From Eledone cirrhosa (lineage: Eukaryota), in contig OZ024745.1 of NCBI GenBank assembly GCA_964016885.1, forward strand, positions 87,978,001 through 88,042,000: a stretch of DNA of 64,000 bases, in the 5' to 3' direction. Position 1 is the first letter of the stretch. Each line of letters starts with the position of its first letter. Shown here in pieces: positions 45,758-58,879 of the stretch. A program made the position numbers and the translations under genes. The notes under the pieces were generated by a model. The model saw only the letters and a list, made by a program, of their open reading frames with translations. It did not search any database and was not told the origin of the DNA.

Positions 45758-46714
45758 CATATATATATACACAAACACATGTAAAACTCACATATAATAT
45801 ATAATGCAGCTTTGTAGACTCATTTACTAAATAACGAACAATAATGTTGCTCATGAGAACATTACCCATTGTCGACATTCATATTTGACCTTTTCATTCT
45901 CATAATCACAATGGTCTGTTTAGTGCCATATTAATCTACTCCCCGTTGCTGTTGCACCATTTCAGTTAGTATCTAGATTCACATTATAACAGTATAAGAT
46001 ACAAAAGAGCTGTCTATTTTGCTATTGTCTTGTAATGCTTCTTTCACTTAGTGAGATCATTTTGTTCATGTATGATTACACATTTATTACATATATCCAC
46101 AGTGGAATTGTAATGCTCAAAAAGCTGTTCATACTAAATTCTGGTTTGTTTACAACATATTCTGTAGATGCTAGCTTCATAACTGCTCTTTTATCTTTTT
46201 GTATCTATTAGTAAGTAGTAAGTATCCTATCTTTATACTACGAGGAATTGACACTCCTAATCAAGTGATTGTTTATTGATTATTATATCATGTGAGCTGA
46301 CGGCCATCACTTGTCTCCAAGGGAAGAACATAATTTAGCTGGTAAACAGACAGATACTCTTTCACGCGCAAACAGAGACAGAGGCAGATGGAGAGACACA
46401 CTTACAATGTTATCAATAACTTGACCTAAACACTCATATATAAACTCAATCATATATAAACCCATAGAATCCAACTTGCACGCAATGCTTACATATATTT
46501 GTCATTTTTATAGTTTGTATATACTTATTTATATGCGTAACTATGTAAACAACAGCAGTTATAACACCTTCATTCGCACTCTTTCTTCACCCTATCTCTC
46601 TATGTATATACACATCTGTTCAGAAATATAAAGAGGATGGACGATGCCAGGTTAAGAAAGCCCCAAGTCGTATGTCACTCTGGTATCTTTACGATACCAC
46701 CTGGCGCTACGGCT

Positions 46715-46846
<132 letters not shown>

Positions 46847-46849
46847 TCT

Positions 46850-47175
46850 GAGGTGCTGAGACAGGGTAGATCATTAGTTATGGGAGTACTCAATGCATGG
46901 AGTTATGCAGAGTAAGTATAGAGATATATCTATATATTTATATATACCTATATCTATATGTTTCTCTTTCACTCTCTCGACACACACACACATGTATATA
47001 TATAGATCTATTAAATCCCGAACGCGGCGCCAAGTGGTTTTGGCCTGTGTATCAGCAAGCCTTTCAATGATGAACACACAGGCGAGACCGCTTGGCACCG
47101 CATCTCTATACACACTCTACATCTCTCTATGTATCGAGTACTCACATGATTAGTAATCTCCTCAGTCTCAGCACC
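46850..47175. mobile_element. MITE-like element with ~75-bp imperfect inverted repeats inside mirrored (TA)(GA)/(CT)(TA) microsatellites
   Basis: GGTGCTGAGAC...GAGTACTCAATGCAT...GTATAGAGAT versus ATCTCTATAC...ATGTATCGAGTACTC...GTCTCAGCACC. Confidence 0.65.
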
Positions 47176-47234
47176 GAAACCTCTCACTCTCTCTCTCTCT
47201 CTCTCTCCCACTCTCTCTCTCTCTCTCTCTCTCA

Positions 47235-47296
<62 letters not shown>

Positions 47297-47802
47297 GAAA
47301 AAAATGAAACGAAATTTCATTTCCCACTCTTAGTACGGCTGTTACTTAAATATAAGTATGTACACGTACATACATATATGTATACAGACATACAGTAGTA
47401 TGTATATATATATACATACATGCACACATATATATATGTACCTATGGATTCACCGAACATTTATTATAATGCTCGGTGTGTTTGTAAACAAACATCCCGT
47501 ATTAAGCCGTAGTGTCCAGCAACCATCGTTGCTCGTTTGTTCAACACTGACAAAGGAACGCTGTACTAGTTTCAAACTTATTAGCTATCGTCAGCAACGT
47601 ATACCTTCCTGCCAGATTGTTGAACGTATATACTTACCTTATGCATATTAACGGCTGAGTAGCCCAATTTGCATATCGAGTGGGTTAATCGGCCGGGTGC
47701 ACCGAAAACGATAAACGAAAAAATGAAACGAAATTTCATTTCCCACTCTTAGTACGGCTGTTACTTAAATATAAGTATGTACACGTACATACAGGAAGGT
47801 AT

Positions 47803-47845
47803 ACGTTGCTGACGATAGCTAATAAGCTTGAAACTAGTACAGCGT
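47803..47845 (+). ncRNA. Minimal type I hammerhead ribozyme
   Basis: ACGTTG-CTGACGA-TAGCT-AATA-AGCTT-GAAA-CTAG-TA-CAGCGT: 6-bp stem I, intact core, palindromic stem III ACTAGT, GUA site. Confidence 0.88.
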
Positions 47846-48223
47846 TCCTTTGTCAGTGTTGAACAAACGAGCAACGATAGTTGCTAGACACTACGGCTTA
47901 ATACGGGATGTTTGTTTACAAACACACCGAGCATTATAATAAATGTTCGGTGAATCCATACGTACATATATATATCTGTGTATGTATGTATATACATATA
48001 CATACTACTGTATGTCTGTATACATATATGTATGTACGTGTACATACTTATATTTAAGTAACAGCCGTACTAAGAGTGGGAAATGAAATTTCATTTCATT
48101 TTTTTTCGTTTATCGTTTTCGGTGCACCCGGCCGATTAACCCACTCGATGTGCAAATTGGGCTACTCAGCCGTTAATATGCATAAGGTAAGTATATACGT
48201 TCAACAATCTGGCAGGAAGGTAT

Positions 48224-48266
48224 ACGTTGCTGACGATAGCTAATAAGCTTGAAACTAGTACAGCGT
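48224..48266 (+). ncRNA. Minimal type I hammerhead ribozyme
   Basis: Identical to 47803-47845, 421 bp downstream. Confidence 0.88.
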
Positions 48267-48489
48267 TCCTTTGTCAGTGTTGAACAAACGAGCAACGATG
48301 GTTGCTGGACACTACGGCTTAATACTGGATGTTTGTTTACAAACACACCGAGCATTATAATAAATTTTCGGTGAATCCATACGTACATATATATATGTGT
48401 GCATGTATATATATATACATACTACTGTATGTCTGTATACATATATGTATGTACGTGTACATACTTATATATATATATATATATATATT

Positions 48490-49415
48490 CTAAGGCGAGT
48501 AAATTCCCGAGATCCATGGACGAGCTCTCTCCAGCGGCCTCTGTCCCTCATCATCGCTGCCATGTCCTGCGTCTCCAACAGACCAGTGTCTGTCCTTAGG
48601 GCATCAAGATACGTTAACGTTGGTCTTCCACTTCTAGTGTGTGCATGTAGGGGCTCCCAAAGGAGCACTGAGTGCAATGTCAACTCTGGATGACGGTGAG
48701 CATGTCCAGCTAACCTCAGTCTCCTCTGTGTCACTTTTGAGCTGACTTTTGGGATGCTCCCATACAGCTCTGAGTTTTTCATCTTCGGTGTATACTGATT
48801 AATGTTCAGAGCCATCCTCAACATTCTCGTGTAGCACCCATCCACCATCTGAGTGAGTTTCTTGGTCAGTGTCCAAGTCTCAGACCCATACAGCAGCACA
48901 GACTCCACTACAGCAATGAAGAGGCGGATTTTTAGTTCTTTACGAAGGTTCGACTTCCACACCGATCTCAAGCTGTGGCACGCCGCCCAGGCCTTGCTCT
49001 TCCTCTCAACCACATCCTCTTCCGTATTCCCCATCTTTGCTCCCAAATACAGGAAGCCCTCAACCAATTCTAGCGGCTTCCCGCCTACATTAGTGATCCC
49101 CAAGTCATTACACCTGATGAGATGACAGAGTTCTTTGAGATACTGGCTGGAGTGCTCCAGGGAGATACATTGGCTCCCTACCTTTTTATCATCGTAGTGG
49201 AATATTGTATGCGCCTTTCAGTGGAGAAACACCAGGACTCTGGCTTTACTGTAGCACCGGCTCAGAGCAGGAGAGTTAGGGCGCAAAAGGTATCGGATGC
49301 TGAATTTGCCGACGACATAGTTTTGGTGACAAATACAGTGAAGGAGGCAGAGGATTTGATGCGAGAGGTTGAGACTGTGTCGATGAGTGTGGGGCTGAGA
49401 ATGAATGAGACTAAA
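48490..49415. mobile_element. RTE-type LINE with inverted 5' segment (3' part on minus 48490-49120; RT core on plus 49122-49415)
   Basis: FLYLG, ESVLLYGSETW, RRLRLAGH on minus; GVLQGDTLAPYLF and EFADD on plus. Confidence 0.9.
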
Positions 49416-49420
49416 ACAAA

Positions 49421-49509
<89 letters not shown>

Positions 49510-50487
49510 TAGATATAGATACGTATATGAATATCTCTCTATATATATGTGTTGCATACTATATCTGTACACTAGAGAACAAATGGATAAATGACTATAT
49601 ATGAATACAAATATCAAAATCATTTATTATCAGGAACATATTATTAAAGAGGAAAAAATAAGCAAAATAAAATTTAGTTTGTATATTAAAAGCCATCTTG
49701 AAAACATGTCACTCTGCCAAACCTTATAGAAGCAAACTTTACACAACGACATTTTGTACAAGTATATGATATGAACAATGACGCATGCTTACCTAAATGC
49801 ACTCACACACACGTATACATACATACATACACACACACACACATATATATATATATAATATAATATATATGGGTGTGTATAAATTTATATATAATATATA
49901 AATATATATATATGCAAACAGACATATTTATATAAATATGTATATATATACATACATATATACTCACTACATACATACATACCAACTTAAGTGTATCAAC
50001 CAACTGGTGAAACATATTGCCAGGAATATATATAACATGAATAATTTTACGCTTCACTAAATCTAAATGGTTTTACTTCAATATTCTTTATAAGGAAGTT
50101 GACTCATTTTAGTAGATTGAAGAAATAATGGCTTCTTTTCAATGTCATTCCATAGTGTTTTTGCGATAAGGCAAGGTAGATTCTTTAGTTTGATACGTCT
50201 GTCATTCAAGACGCCATATTTTTTCTGAAATTTTTATCGACGTTGTTGCGGATTTTGTTTTTGTTTCGCTGTTGCAATTGTCGCTTATTATTTTATTATT
50301 ATAGTCATTGATATTTGTCTTCATATTTAGGATTCCCTTCGTTCTCTCATCGTTATCTTCCGTGGATTTCTTTGCATCAACAACAAAACCTCGTCGACAT
50401 AATCATGGCCGCCGTTATTTTGCCTTTGTCTTCTTGTGTCTTCTTCGTCGTTGTCATGATCGACATTAGCATCAGCATAAGCATCGA

Positions 50488-50608
50488 TTCTTCTTCTTCT
50501 TCTTCTTCTTCTTCTTCTTCTTCTTCTTCTTCTTCTTCTTCTTCTTCTTCTTCTTCTTCTTCTTCTTCTTCTTCTTCTTCTTCTTCTTCTTCTGCTTCTT
50601 CTTCTTCT
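50488..50608. repeat. (TTC)n microsatellite
   Basis: Seen directly. Confidence 0.95.
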
Positions 50609-50614
50609 TGCACA

Positions 50615-51200
50615 AGACCAGGCACCCAGAACCAAGACGGAGAAAGCTAACATTGATGTACAAAATTGCTCCTCACCCTGCATACTATGCCGTAAAGCAG
50701 ACGAATCTGTGGCACATATTTCTAGCAAATGTGAACAATTAGCAAAAAGACGCCATGATCTTATAGAAAAAAAAATCCATTGGGTGTTGTGCAAAAAATT
50801 GAAATATAATGTCCGTGGTACGAACATACTTCTCTTGGATCCAGGTGAGGGAGTAGAGTTATTTTGGCATCTTAAGTCCAACATAACCGCTCTGATATTG
50901 TAAAACAAACAACCCATCAAAATAGACTTTAATTGATATTGCAATCCCTCAAGACTACAATGTGGCTGAAAAGGAAATGGAAAGATCAATAAGTATGCAC
51001 TCCTCTCAGGCGCTATCACTATATAGATACAGACGTTATGCGAATCATCACTGGGGTGCTAGGCACGATCCCTAAACGTCTTACATCTTTCGTCAACAGC
51101 CTTGGGACTTCAGGCTTCATTGGCAAATTTCTACCACCACTAACACTGCCAGAACCTTACACGATATATTAAGACTCTGAGACCAGGCACTAATCTGAGG
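50615..51200 (+). mobile_element. Decayed 3' (CCHC plus RLE) fragment of R4/Dong-type LINE
   Basis: CILCRKADESVAHISSKCEQLAKRRHD..IHWVLCKK, HNRSDI, IDIAIP, IITGVLGTIP. Confidence 0.75.
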
Positions 51201-51267
51201 TCTATTAACACGCTTCACCAAGCTACCAATTGCTAGAGAAACCTTACAAAAGAAAACAAATTATTAT

Positions 51268-51970
51268 AGGGGGTCAATAAAATAAAGCACCAGTAATACA
51301 CTGGGGTCAACTTAATCGACTTTCCTCTCGCCCCAAAATCGTTGCCTTTGAGCCTAAATCAGAATCCGAGGGTCGGATTCCATGCATTGCAGCAAAGAGT
51401 TACATCCCTTTATGATCTGAGTTCAAATCACGCCGAGGTTAACTTTGCCTTTCAGCCTTACGGGGTCGATTAAATAAAGTACCAGTAATTCACTGGGATA
51501 ATTGCTGGCTTTGTGCCAAAAGTAGGAATAATTATTATTGGGGTGGTGGATTGGCAGTATCCGTAGAGGGTCGGACGCCATGCTTTGCACCATAGAGTTA
51601 CGGCCCTTTATGATCTGAGTTCAAATCCCGCCGAGGTTAACTTTGCCTTTCATCTTTACGGGTTCGATAAAATAAAGTACCAGTCACACACTGGGGTCGA
51701 TTTAATCGAATTTCCACTTCCTCAAAATTACTGGCCTTGTGCCTATGTTAGAAATCATTATTATTATAGTAGGGCGGTGGATTGGCAGTATCAGTAGAGG
51801 GTCGGACGCCATGCTTTGACGCATTGAGTTACGGCCCTTGCCATTCTGAGTTCAAATCCCGCCGAGGTTAACTTTGCCTTTCATCCTTACGGGGTCGATA
51901 AATAAAGTACCAGTAATGCACTAGGTAATTGCTGGCCTTGTGCCAAAAAGTAGAAACAATTATTATTATA
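51268..51970 (+). mobile_element. Head-to-tail array of about four tRNA-derived SINEs
   Basis: Repeated GGTGGATTGGCAGTATC..TAGAGGGTCGGA...GAGTTCAAATCCCGCCGAGG units at ~51370, 51540 and 51770, each ending in (ATT)n, plus a partial unit at 51268. Confidence 0.9.
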
Positions 51971-51987
51971 GTAGTAGTAGTAGTACT

Positions 51988-52018
<31 letters not shown>

Positions 52019-52254
52019 GTAGTTTGATATTTAGTTTATATGGTGTTGGCTGTTGGGATATTATCTCGGTAATATATGTTATATTCAATCTCAGTATACA
52101 ATTATTGTTGTTTTCCTTCTCTATTCTTCGATATAACTAATAACATTCCACTTGTAAACGTCACTTTTTAAAAGTGAAATGTTAACGTTTACTTCATCCG
52201 TTATAGTTTTCTAGCCACATACTTCAACGTTTTTACACCAGTTCAAGTACTTAC

Positions 52255-52786
52255 CTACATACATAACCCGAAATACTGCTTATCAACACACATACATATA
52301 CATACATACAAACATACATACATATATACATACGTACGTGCATACATACATACGTACATACATACGTACATACATACATACAAACATATACACATACATA
52401 CAAACATATATGCGTAAATTCATTCGTACATACAATCATACATAAAACACATATATATATAAACATATATACGTACACACATTCATACATTCATACATAC
52501 ATTCATACACACATATATACATAGCTAATATATACATACATGTATACATATGTACGTGCGTGCATACATACAAACATATATACGTATATTTATTAATCCA
52601 TACATACATTCATACATACATAATACTCTCACACATACAAATATATATACATACATTCATACATACGTACATAACTAAATACACACATACACACATACAT
52701 AGATACATAGATAATACATACATACATAGATGATACATACATAGATGATACATACATAGATACATAGATAATATATACATACATAC
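52255..52786. repeat. Degenerate (CATA)n microsatellite
   Basis: Seen directly. Confidence 0.9.
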
Positions 52787-54765
52787 AAAATGATTCAGGA
52801 AAAAACAACAAAGAATCGCAGAAACATGACTGTGGTGTGGCTGGACTATCAAAAAGCAAATGATAGTGTACCTCATGGGTGGATTATTAAGGCTTTACAG
52901 TTAGCTAAAGTCCCACAACCATTGGTAGCTGCTGTTGAACGCCTGACCAAGAACTGGTACACCAATTTGATCCTTAGAGGTAAGAAGGAGCAAGTTAAGA
53001 CTGATAAGATACATTACCAGAAGGGCATCTTTCAGGTTGATAGATTGTCAGTGCTACTCTTCTTTCTCTCACTGAATCCACTATCTTACCTACTCGGGAA
53101 ACAAGGTGGACAAAGAAGTGGGCCCAGAAGTATCTCCCATCTTTTCTTTGTTGATGCCCTGAAGTTGTATGGGACAAATATCAATGATATCAAGAAACAA
53201 TTGGACCTCATTACACAATTTTCAACCGACATCAAAATGAAATTTGGTGAGTCCAAGTGTGCATATTTGGCAGTAAAACGTGGAAGAGCTGTGCCCTCCT
53301 CTAGAAATCTAGAGATGAAAGGCCTGACAATACAACCTCTGCAGTCAGGTGACAACTACAGATATCTTGGACAGGATGAGAATGTCAGATATGATGGACC
53401 CATAAATAAGGAGAGAACCAGAACTGAATACCTCAGAAGAGTAAAGAAAATATGGTCATCAGAACTGTCAGCGTACAACAAATACATTGCCCACAATACT
53501 TATGCTGTGCCAATTGTAACGCCAACATTTGGCCTGCTGAACTGGTCATTGCAAGAACTAAGTGAGATGGATGTTAGAACTCGAAAACTTCTCAGTGTTA
53601 CTGGGAACTTTAACATCAATGGTGATGTGGATAGGCTATACTTCTCACGCAAGGAAGGTGGCTGGGGTCTAAAATCAATATTAACAACATATGAGACCCG
53701 GATAGTAACACTGAAGCAACACCTTCAACAGAGGAAAAAGGTTGGCAACCATCTTGCCCAGGTTTATGAGCATGAACAAAAAAAATCATTAGAATAGCGA
53801 CTGATCTGGAGGAGAGATATGGAATAAAGCCTGATATAAATCTCTCACCCAGAGAAATCGGAAGATCCTATTCAATGTTCAAACAAGAATAAAAAAATTG
53901 ACCAATTTACAGAAAAAGTTGTGCATGGATACTTGAGGCGTAAAATACAGACCATAGAGGGGATAAACCACTCAAAAAGCCTGGCATGGAGTTCCGACAA
54001 ATTTATGACATCACACGTTGAGGGATATCTCTATGCAATAAGGAACAATAACTCCCTACCAAATATCTGCTGCACAAAAGAGGAGGGCCAGCAGCTGACA
54101 ATAAATGTAGGCTATGTAAAACAAAGATCGAGGATGTAAGCCACATTGTTGCCAGCTGCGAAAGAATGTCATCTCGCTACTACCTCCCCATGAGACACGA
54201 TGGGATAGCTAGAACCATCTGGAACGCACTTCGGAAAACAAAATTAACAACAAACGAGGAAGAATATATTGAGACAGATGGCACCAAGGAATACTGGTGG
54301 AACCTGAAAATAAAAACTGCCACCAAATTAAAGCACAACCGGCCTGATATTGTTGTTTGGGACCATACATTGAAAATGTGTTCTGTTGTGGAGATCAGCT
54401 GCCCACTTGATGTAAACGTTGTCAGAAAAATACAGGAGAAGGAGGACATCTACGGACCATTGATGAGGAGTTTACAAATCCAGTATCCAAGATACACCTT
54501 TAGATTCATACCCATCATTATTAGAGCTACGGGTTATATACCAACCCGCTTGGACCAAAGTATGACTGAACTTGGATTTGCGGACAAAAAGCGCAGCTCC
54601 CTAATTCATAGTCTACAAATGGCTGCGATAGCTGGCAGCTTCAAAATTTGCAAAAGATTCTTGCGATTCAAGGGATGACAATTTCTGTTCTTTTACAACC
54701 TTGCCACCAGGAAGGTGGCCGGTCAAAAAAATGTAATCGAAATTAAGAGAAAGAGAAAAACAAAC
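52787..54765 (+). mobile_element. 5'-truncated R4/Dong-type LINE (RT, CCHC, RLE) in (CATA)n
   Basis: WLDYQKANDSVPH, GIFQ, HLFFVDALKLY, YRYLG, RHDGIA, HNRPDIVVWD..VVEISCP.D.N...KED.Y. Confidence 0.92.
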
Positions 54766-54784
54766 ATACATACATACATACATC

Positions 54785-57700
54785 AGTCAACGCGATCAGT
54801 CGCATATTTTGGCGTGGGAGACTATTTATTAAAGTTAAGATGAATACTATCTCCGACAGTAATGCCACAAATACAGCCAGGTTGAATAACTGGTTATCCT
54901 TCTAACTATCCCTTCTGAAGACACCTTTTATTCGAATTCGTAGAGATATCCGACTAAATACATAATTCATTTTACAAGGATTTGCTACAAACAGCATGGC
55001 TGAACACAACATCAACAACAACAATTAAGGAAGTATCGAAGACAAATAACAAAGAAGGTAATCAAACTTTATTCAGTTGTAGCTACAGAAGAAACCGAAA
55101 TTATAAATCGCATTTCTCTTGGAGTTGCGAACTTAATGATGATTTATTTAATTGTTATAAAATGGCAAAAAACAATCCCTCCATTGGCTATATGAATAGA
55201 ATGAAGCTACACTGAGACGAAATGCACCCAGAGCTAAATTATTTCACAGCGAAACAATTACGCCAACAAGCGACGTTTGTTGAACGTAAAAATAAGATAA
55301 ATATTATTAATTATAAGTCCCCCACAACAAACATGGTATCAACAACACATGCTACAGATCGCCATGCTACTAGACTTCCTAGCAGCCAGGTCGAACAGCG
55401 CCTTGAAACAACTATGCCTGTAAGAAACTTGACACCACCTGTACCATCTAAGTCTACCTCGAATGCAGAGGAAAACACTATCGATAATAATAATAATCGA
55501 ATAAATAATAATAATAATCGAATAAATGTGACACCACGTATACCATCCGAGTCTACCTCGACTGTTGTGGAAAATACTATCGATAATGATAATCAAAAGT
55601 ATAAACAATTGAAAATTTCCCTCAACGAAATCTTCCAGAGAGAAATTAACTCATGTATAAATATCTCTCTGGCTGAACGTGTTAAAATGACAATGTTGAA
55701 TAAAAAACCAAATAATAAAATACTACGTGTTATTGACGAAATAGGGGATGAATATTTACGACGGATAAAACCCCCAACATTTTAGCAAATCAACGCCTGT
55801 TTATATGCCTTAGCAATGACAGTGAAGCATTATCTTGGTGATAGCAGAGATATTAACAAGAACAAAACACCACCAAAAATATCATCATATATAACGAAAA
55901 TAGAAAAAAAGAGTGCTGACCTACGAAAAAATATAGGCCATGTGACAATGCTCCTTACATGCAAACAAACACAAAAAACCCTCACTCCTCACCAACAAAG
56001 AGTGAAAAATAAAATAGAGACGTTTGGTAACAGTAGAACCAATACTCTGCAATATAAGAATTGAGAGCTGTTAGCGAAAAACGCCGATACCTGAAGAAGG
56101 TAGATGAGAGAAAAATGCTTAATAAAATATTCAGACGGAACCAATCATCAGTCTATAGAGATATGAAGGGCAAAATAATAAGTGTCACTGAGGCCCCATC
56201 CCAGAAAGACAGATTCCTTTTTGAGAAAAATATGGGGTGAAAAGAAGAATTTCAAGCAAGATGCAGTGTGGCTAAGAGAAATCCGAAAGAACTATTGCTC
56301 CTACACTACAACAAAAACATACGAAATAAGTGAGGGTATCCTTGAGACTGTGATAGGAAAACTCCAAGATAAGAAAACACCAGGAAGTGACATGATTGTC
56401 GGCTACCGGCACAAAAAACTAATATTCTATCGGAGGTATCTTACTGACCACTACCAACAAGTTCTTAAGGGACATACACTTATACCAGAATGGTTGACAT
56501 TAGCACAAATGTTACTGGTCCCCAAGAACAAAGACACCCACTTGGCAAAAAACTACCGACCCATTGCATGCCAGAACCTAATGTATAAGATGTATACAAC
56601 CTGCCTGAACCTATTCCTCCAAGATCACTGTGAAAATAATAACATCATCACAAATGAACAAGTAGCTGGAAAGAAAAGGGTTTGGGGATGTGCTGAACAA
56701 CTCCTAATCAACAAAACTGCGATGTCGGAGGTGCGACAACTTAGGAGGAATATGACTACAAGAAAGCTTTCGATTCTGTTCCCCACTCTTGGATGATAGA
56801 GGCCCTCCAACTTGCTAAAGTCCCAGACATTATTGTCAGAGCCATAGAGAGGCTGTCTTCTTCTTGGGCTACTACCTTAAGGTTAAAGACAGAGAGGGAG
56901 GACTCTATTTTCACTGATAAAATAAAATATTGCAGGGGTATATTTCAGGGGGACAGTCTCTCTGTGATATTGTTCATCTTGTCATTAGACTCCTTGTCCT
57001 TTCTGCTCAAGAAATATGAGGGATACATCATTGGCTCACAGGAGGACAGAAATACGAAGCTAACCCATAACTTCTTTGTGGACGATCTGAAACTCTATGC
57101 CAAGAACATGGATGGGATGAAGACAAATCTTGACCTGGTTGCAACGTTCTCAAAGGATATAGGAATGGAGTTTGGCCAAGATAAATGCTCATACATGACT
57201 GTAAAGCGAGGAAAAACAACAACCCAATCTAGCAACATTGTCATCAATGGCCTAACTGTTTCACCGATATCTGATGAGCACTGCTACAGATACCTGGGGA
57301 TAGATGAGAACATATCCTATAATGGTATCTGTAATAAAGAACGCATAACCAGGGAATACTACACCCGATTAAGAAGATCTGGTCATCGGAACGCTCTGCG
57401 CAAAGCAAAACAGTGGCTCACAATGTTTGCTGTGCCTGTCCTAACACTAACGTTTGGAATACTCAATTGGACGATAGACGAAATCCGAGCAGTTGATGTT
57501 GGAACTCGAAAAATACTGAACAACACCGGAAACTTCCACATCAACAGTGACATAGACCGCCTTTACTTGAAACGTAAGCAGGGAGGAAGAGGCCTAACAT
57601 CAGTCCAGACAACATTTGAATGTCGCATCATATCTCCGACAACATCTACGAACCTCGAAGCTTAGGAGCCCGTTTCTCGAGCAAATCTATCTGCATGAAA

Positions 57701-58866
57701 CAGATAAGATCATGAGAGTTGGAAAGGAACTCCTTGAGAGATATTCCCAGTTTGATAATCAAAAACTCACACCCAGGGATGTCACTCAGCAGTACCGCAG
57801 TGAATCCATGGATGAAAAACTGCATGCCTATCAGCAAAAAATCATGCATGGATATGTTGCCAGTAAGCTCCAGAGTGAGAGTAATATAGATAAGGAAAGT
57901 AGTCTATCTTGGACCAACAACTGCTATATTGGCTCCCACTTTCAAGGATACGCTTTTGCAATCAAAGAACAGGAGATTAGCACGAAATACCTGATTCACA
58001 AAAGAGATAGGGATGCATGCAAAACACCTAGATGTGATAACAAGTGCAGACTCTGAAGAACTAACATCGAGGATATCACCCATGTCATCAGCAGCTGTCA
58101 AGAGATGTCATCGCGGTACTATCTACCTATGAGGCATGATGCAGTGGCCAAAACACTGTACATTGCAGTTCGTAAAAAAGATAGCCCCGATAATAAACTT
58201 ATTAAAAGCTACAACAATGTGGAAGACATCCATGTACATAATACGAAAGGGTACTGGTGGAATGTTCCAGTAAAAACCCCAATAAAATGCAGGCATAACA
58301 GACCAGATATTATTATATGGGACAGGGAGAAGAAAACATGCACAGTAGTGGAAATTAGCTGACCAGCAGATGCCAATATAATATCAAAGATTAGTGAAAA
58401 GGAGAATATTTATGCAGAACTGATGAGAAATCTGCAGATACTCCACCCTGATTACACCTTCAGATTTATGCCTGTGATTATTGGGGCACTGGGATATGTT
58501 AGTAACTGCCTCAATACAAATCTTGAGAAGCTAGGCTTCACAGGAACAGAAATAACACAACTAGTTAGGAAACTACAAGTACAATCCATTAATGGAACAG
58601 TAAAAATATGTAAAACATTCCAAAAATGTTGCATCTAATAACTGCATATACACATGTACAGATACAAAGCATATACACATGCACACATACAACTCAAAAC
58701 ATACACATCCACCCATACAATAACATCCATATCTACACATGCATGCATGCAGACATACATACATATCTACCTAGTTGATATTGTGTAAATTCCAATGAGA
58801 GTCTTGTGTCTAAGTTAGACTCTCTCTCTATTGGTAAAACTTTGTGAAATTATAAAACCAGAAGAA
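54785..58866 (+). mobile_element. Near-full-length decayed R4/Dong-type LINE in (CATA)n
   Basis: N-terminal GYMNRMKLH..HPELNYFTAKQLRQQA, NYRPIAC, GIFQGDSLS, HNFFVDDLKLY, GGRGL, RHDAVA, HNRPDIIIWD..VVEIS; CATACATA at both junctions. Confidence 0.92.
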
Positions 58867-58879
58867 CATACATACATGG

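Larger units (their letters stand above)
47292..48466. mobile_element. Retrozyme-like array of 421-bp hammerhead monomers (1.2 units, inversion at ~47792, 1.6 units)
   Basis: Unit restarts at 47292/47712 and 47793/48213; hammerheads at 47558-47600 (-), 47803-47845 (+) and 48224-48266 (+); (TA)n on both sides. Confidence 0.88.

Noticed and set aside
45850-46200. Possible hAT transposase relic on the minus strand (NGATATGS, CSHEQH)
   Set aside because: Too degenerate to support without a profile search.
47358-47651. 97-aa ORF repeated at 48173-48388
   Set aside because: Antisense to the hammerhead strand, starts in microsatellite-like sequence, no recognisable motif; it repeats only because the monomer repeats.
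50315-51019. Poly-S/R/E/K ORFs
   Set aside because: Produced by the (TTC)n repeat and antisense LINE sequence.
51540-51640. tRNA gene
   Set aside because: The A/B boxes belong to SINE heads; there is no full cloverleaf.
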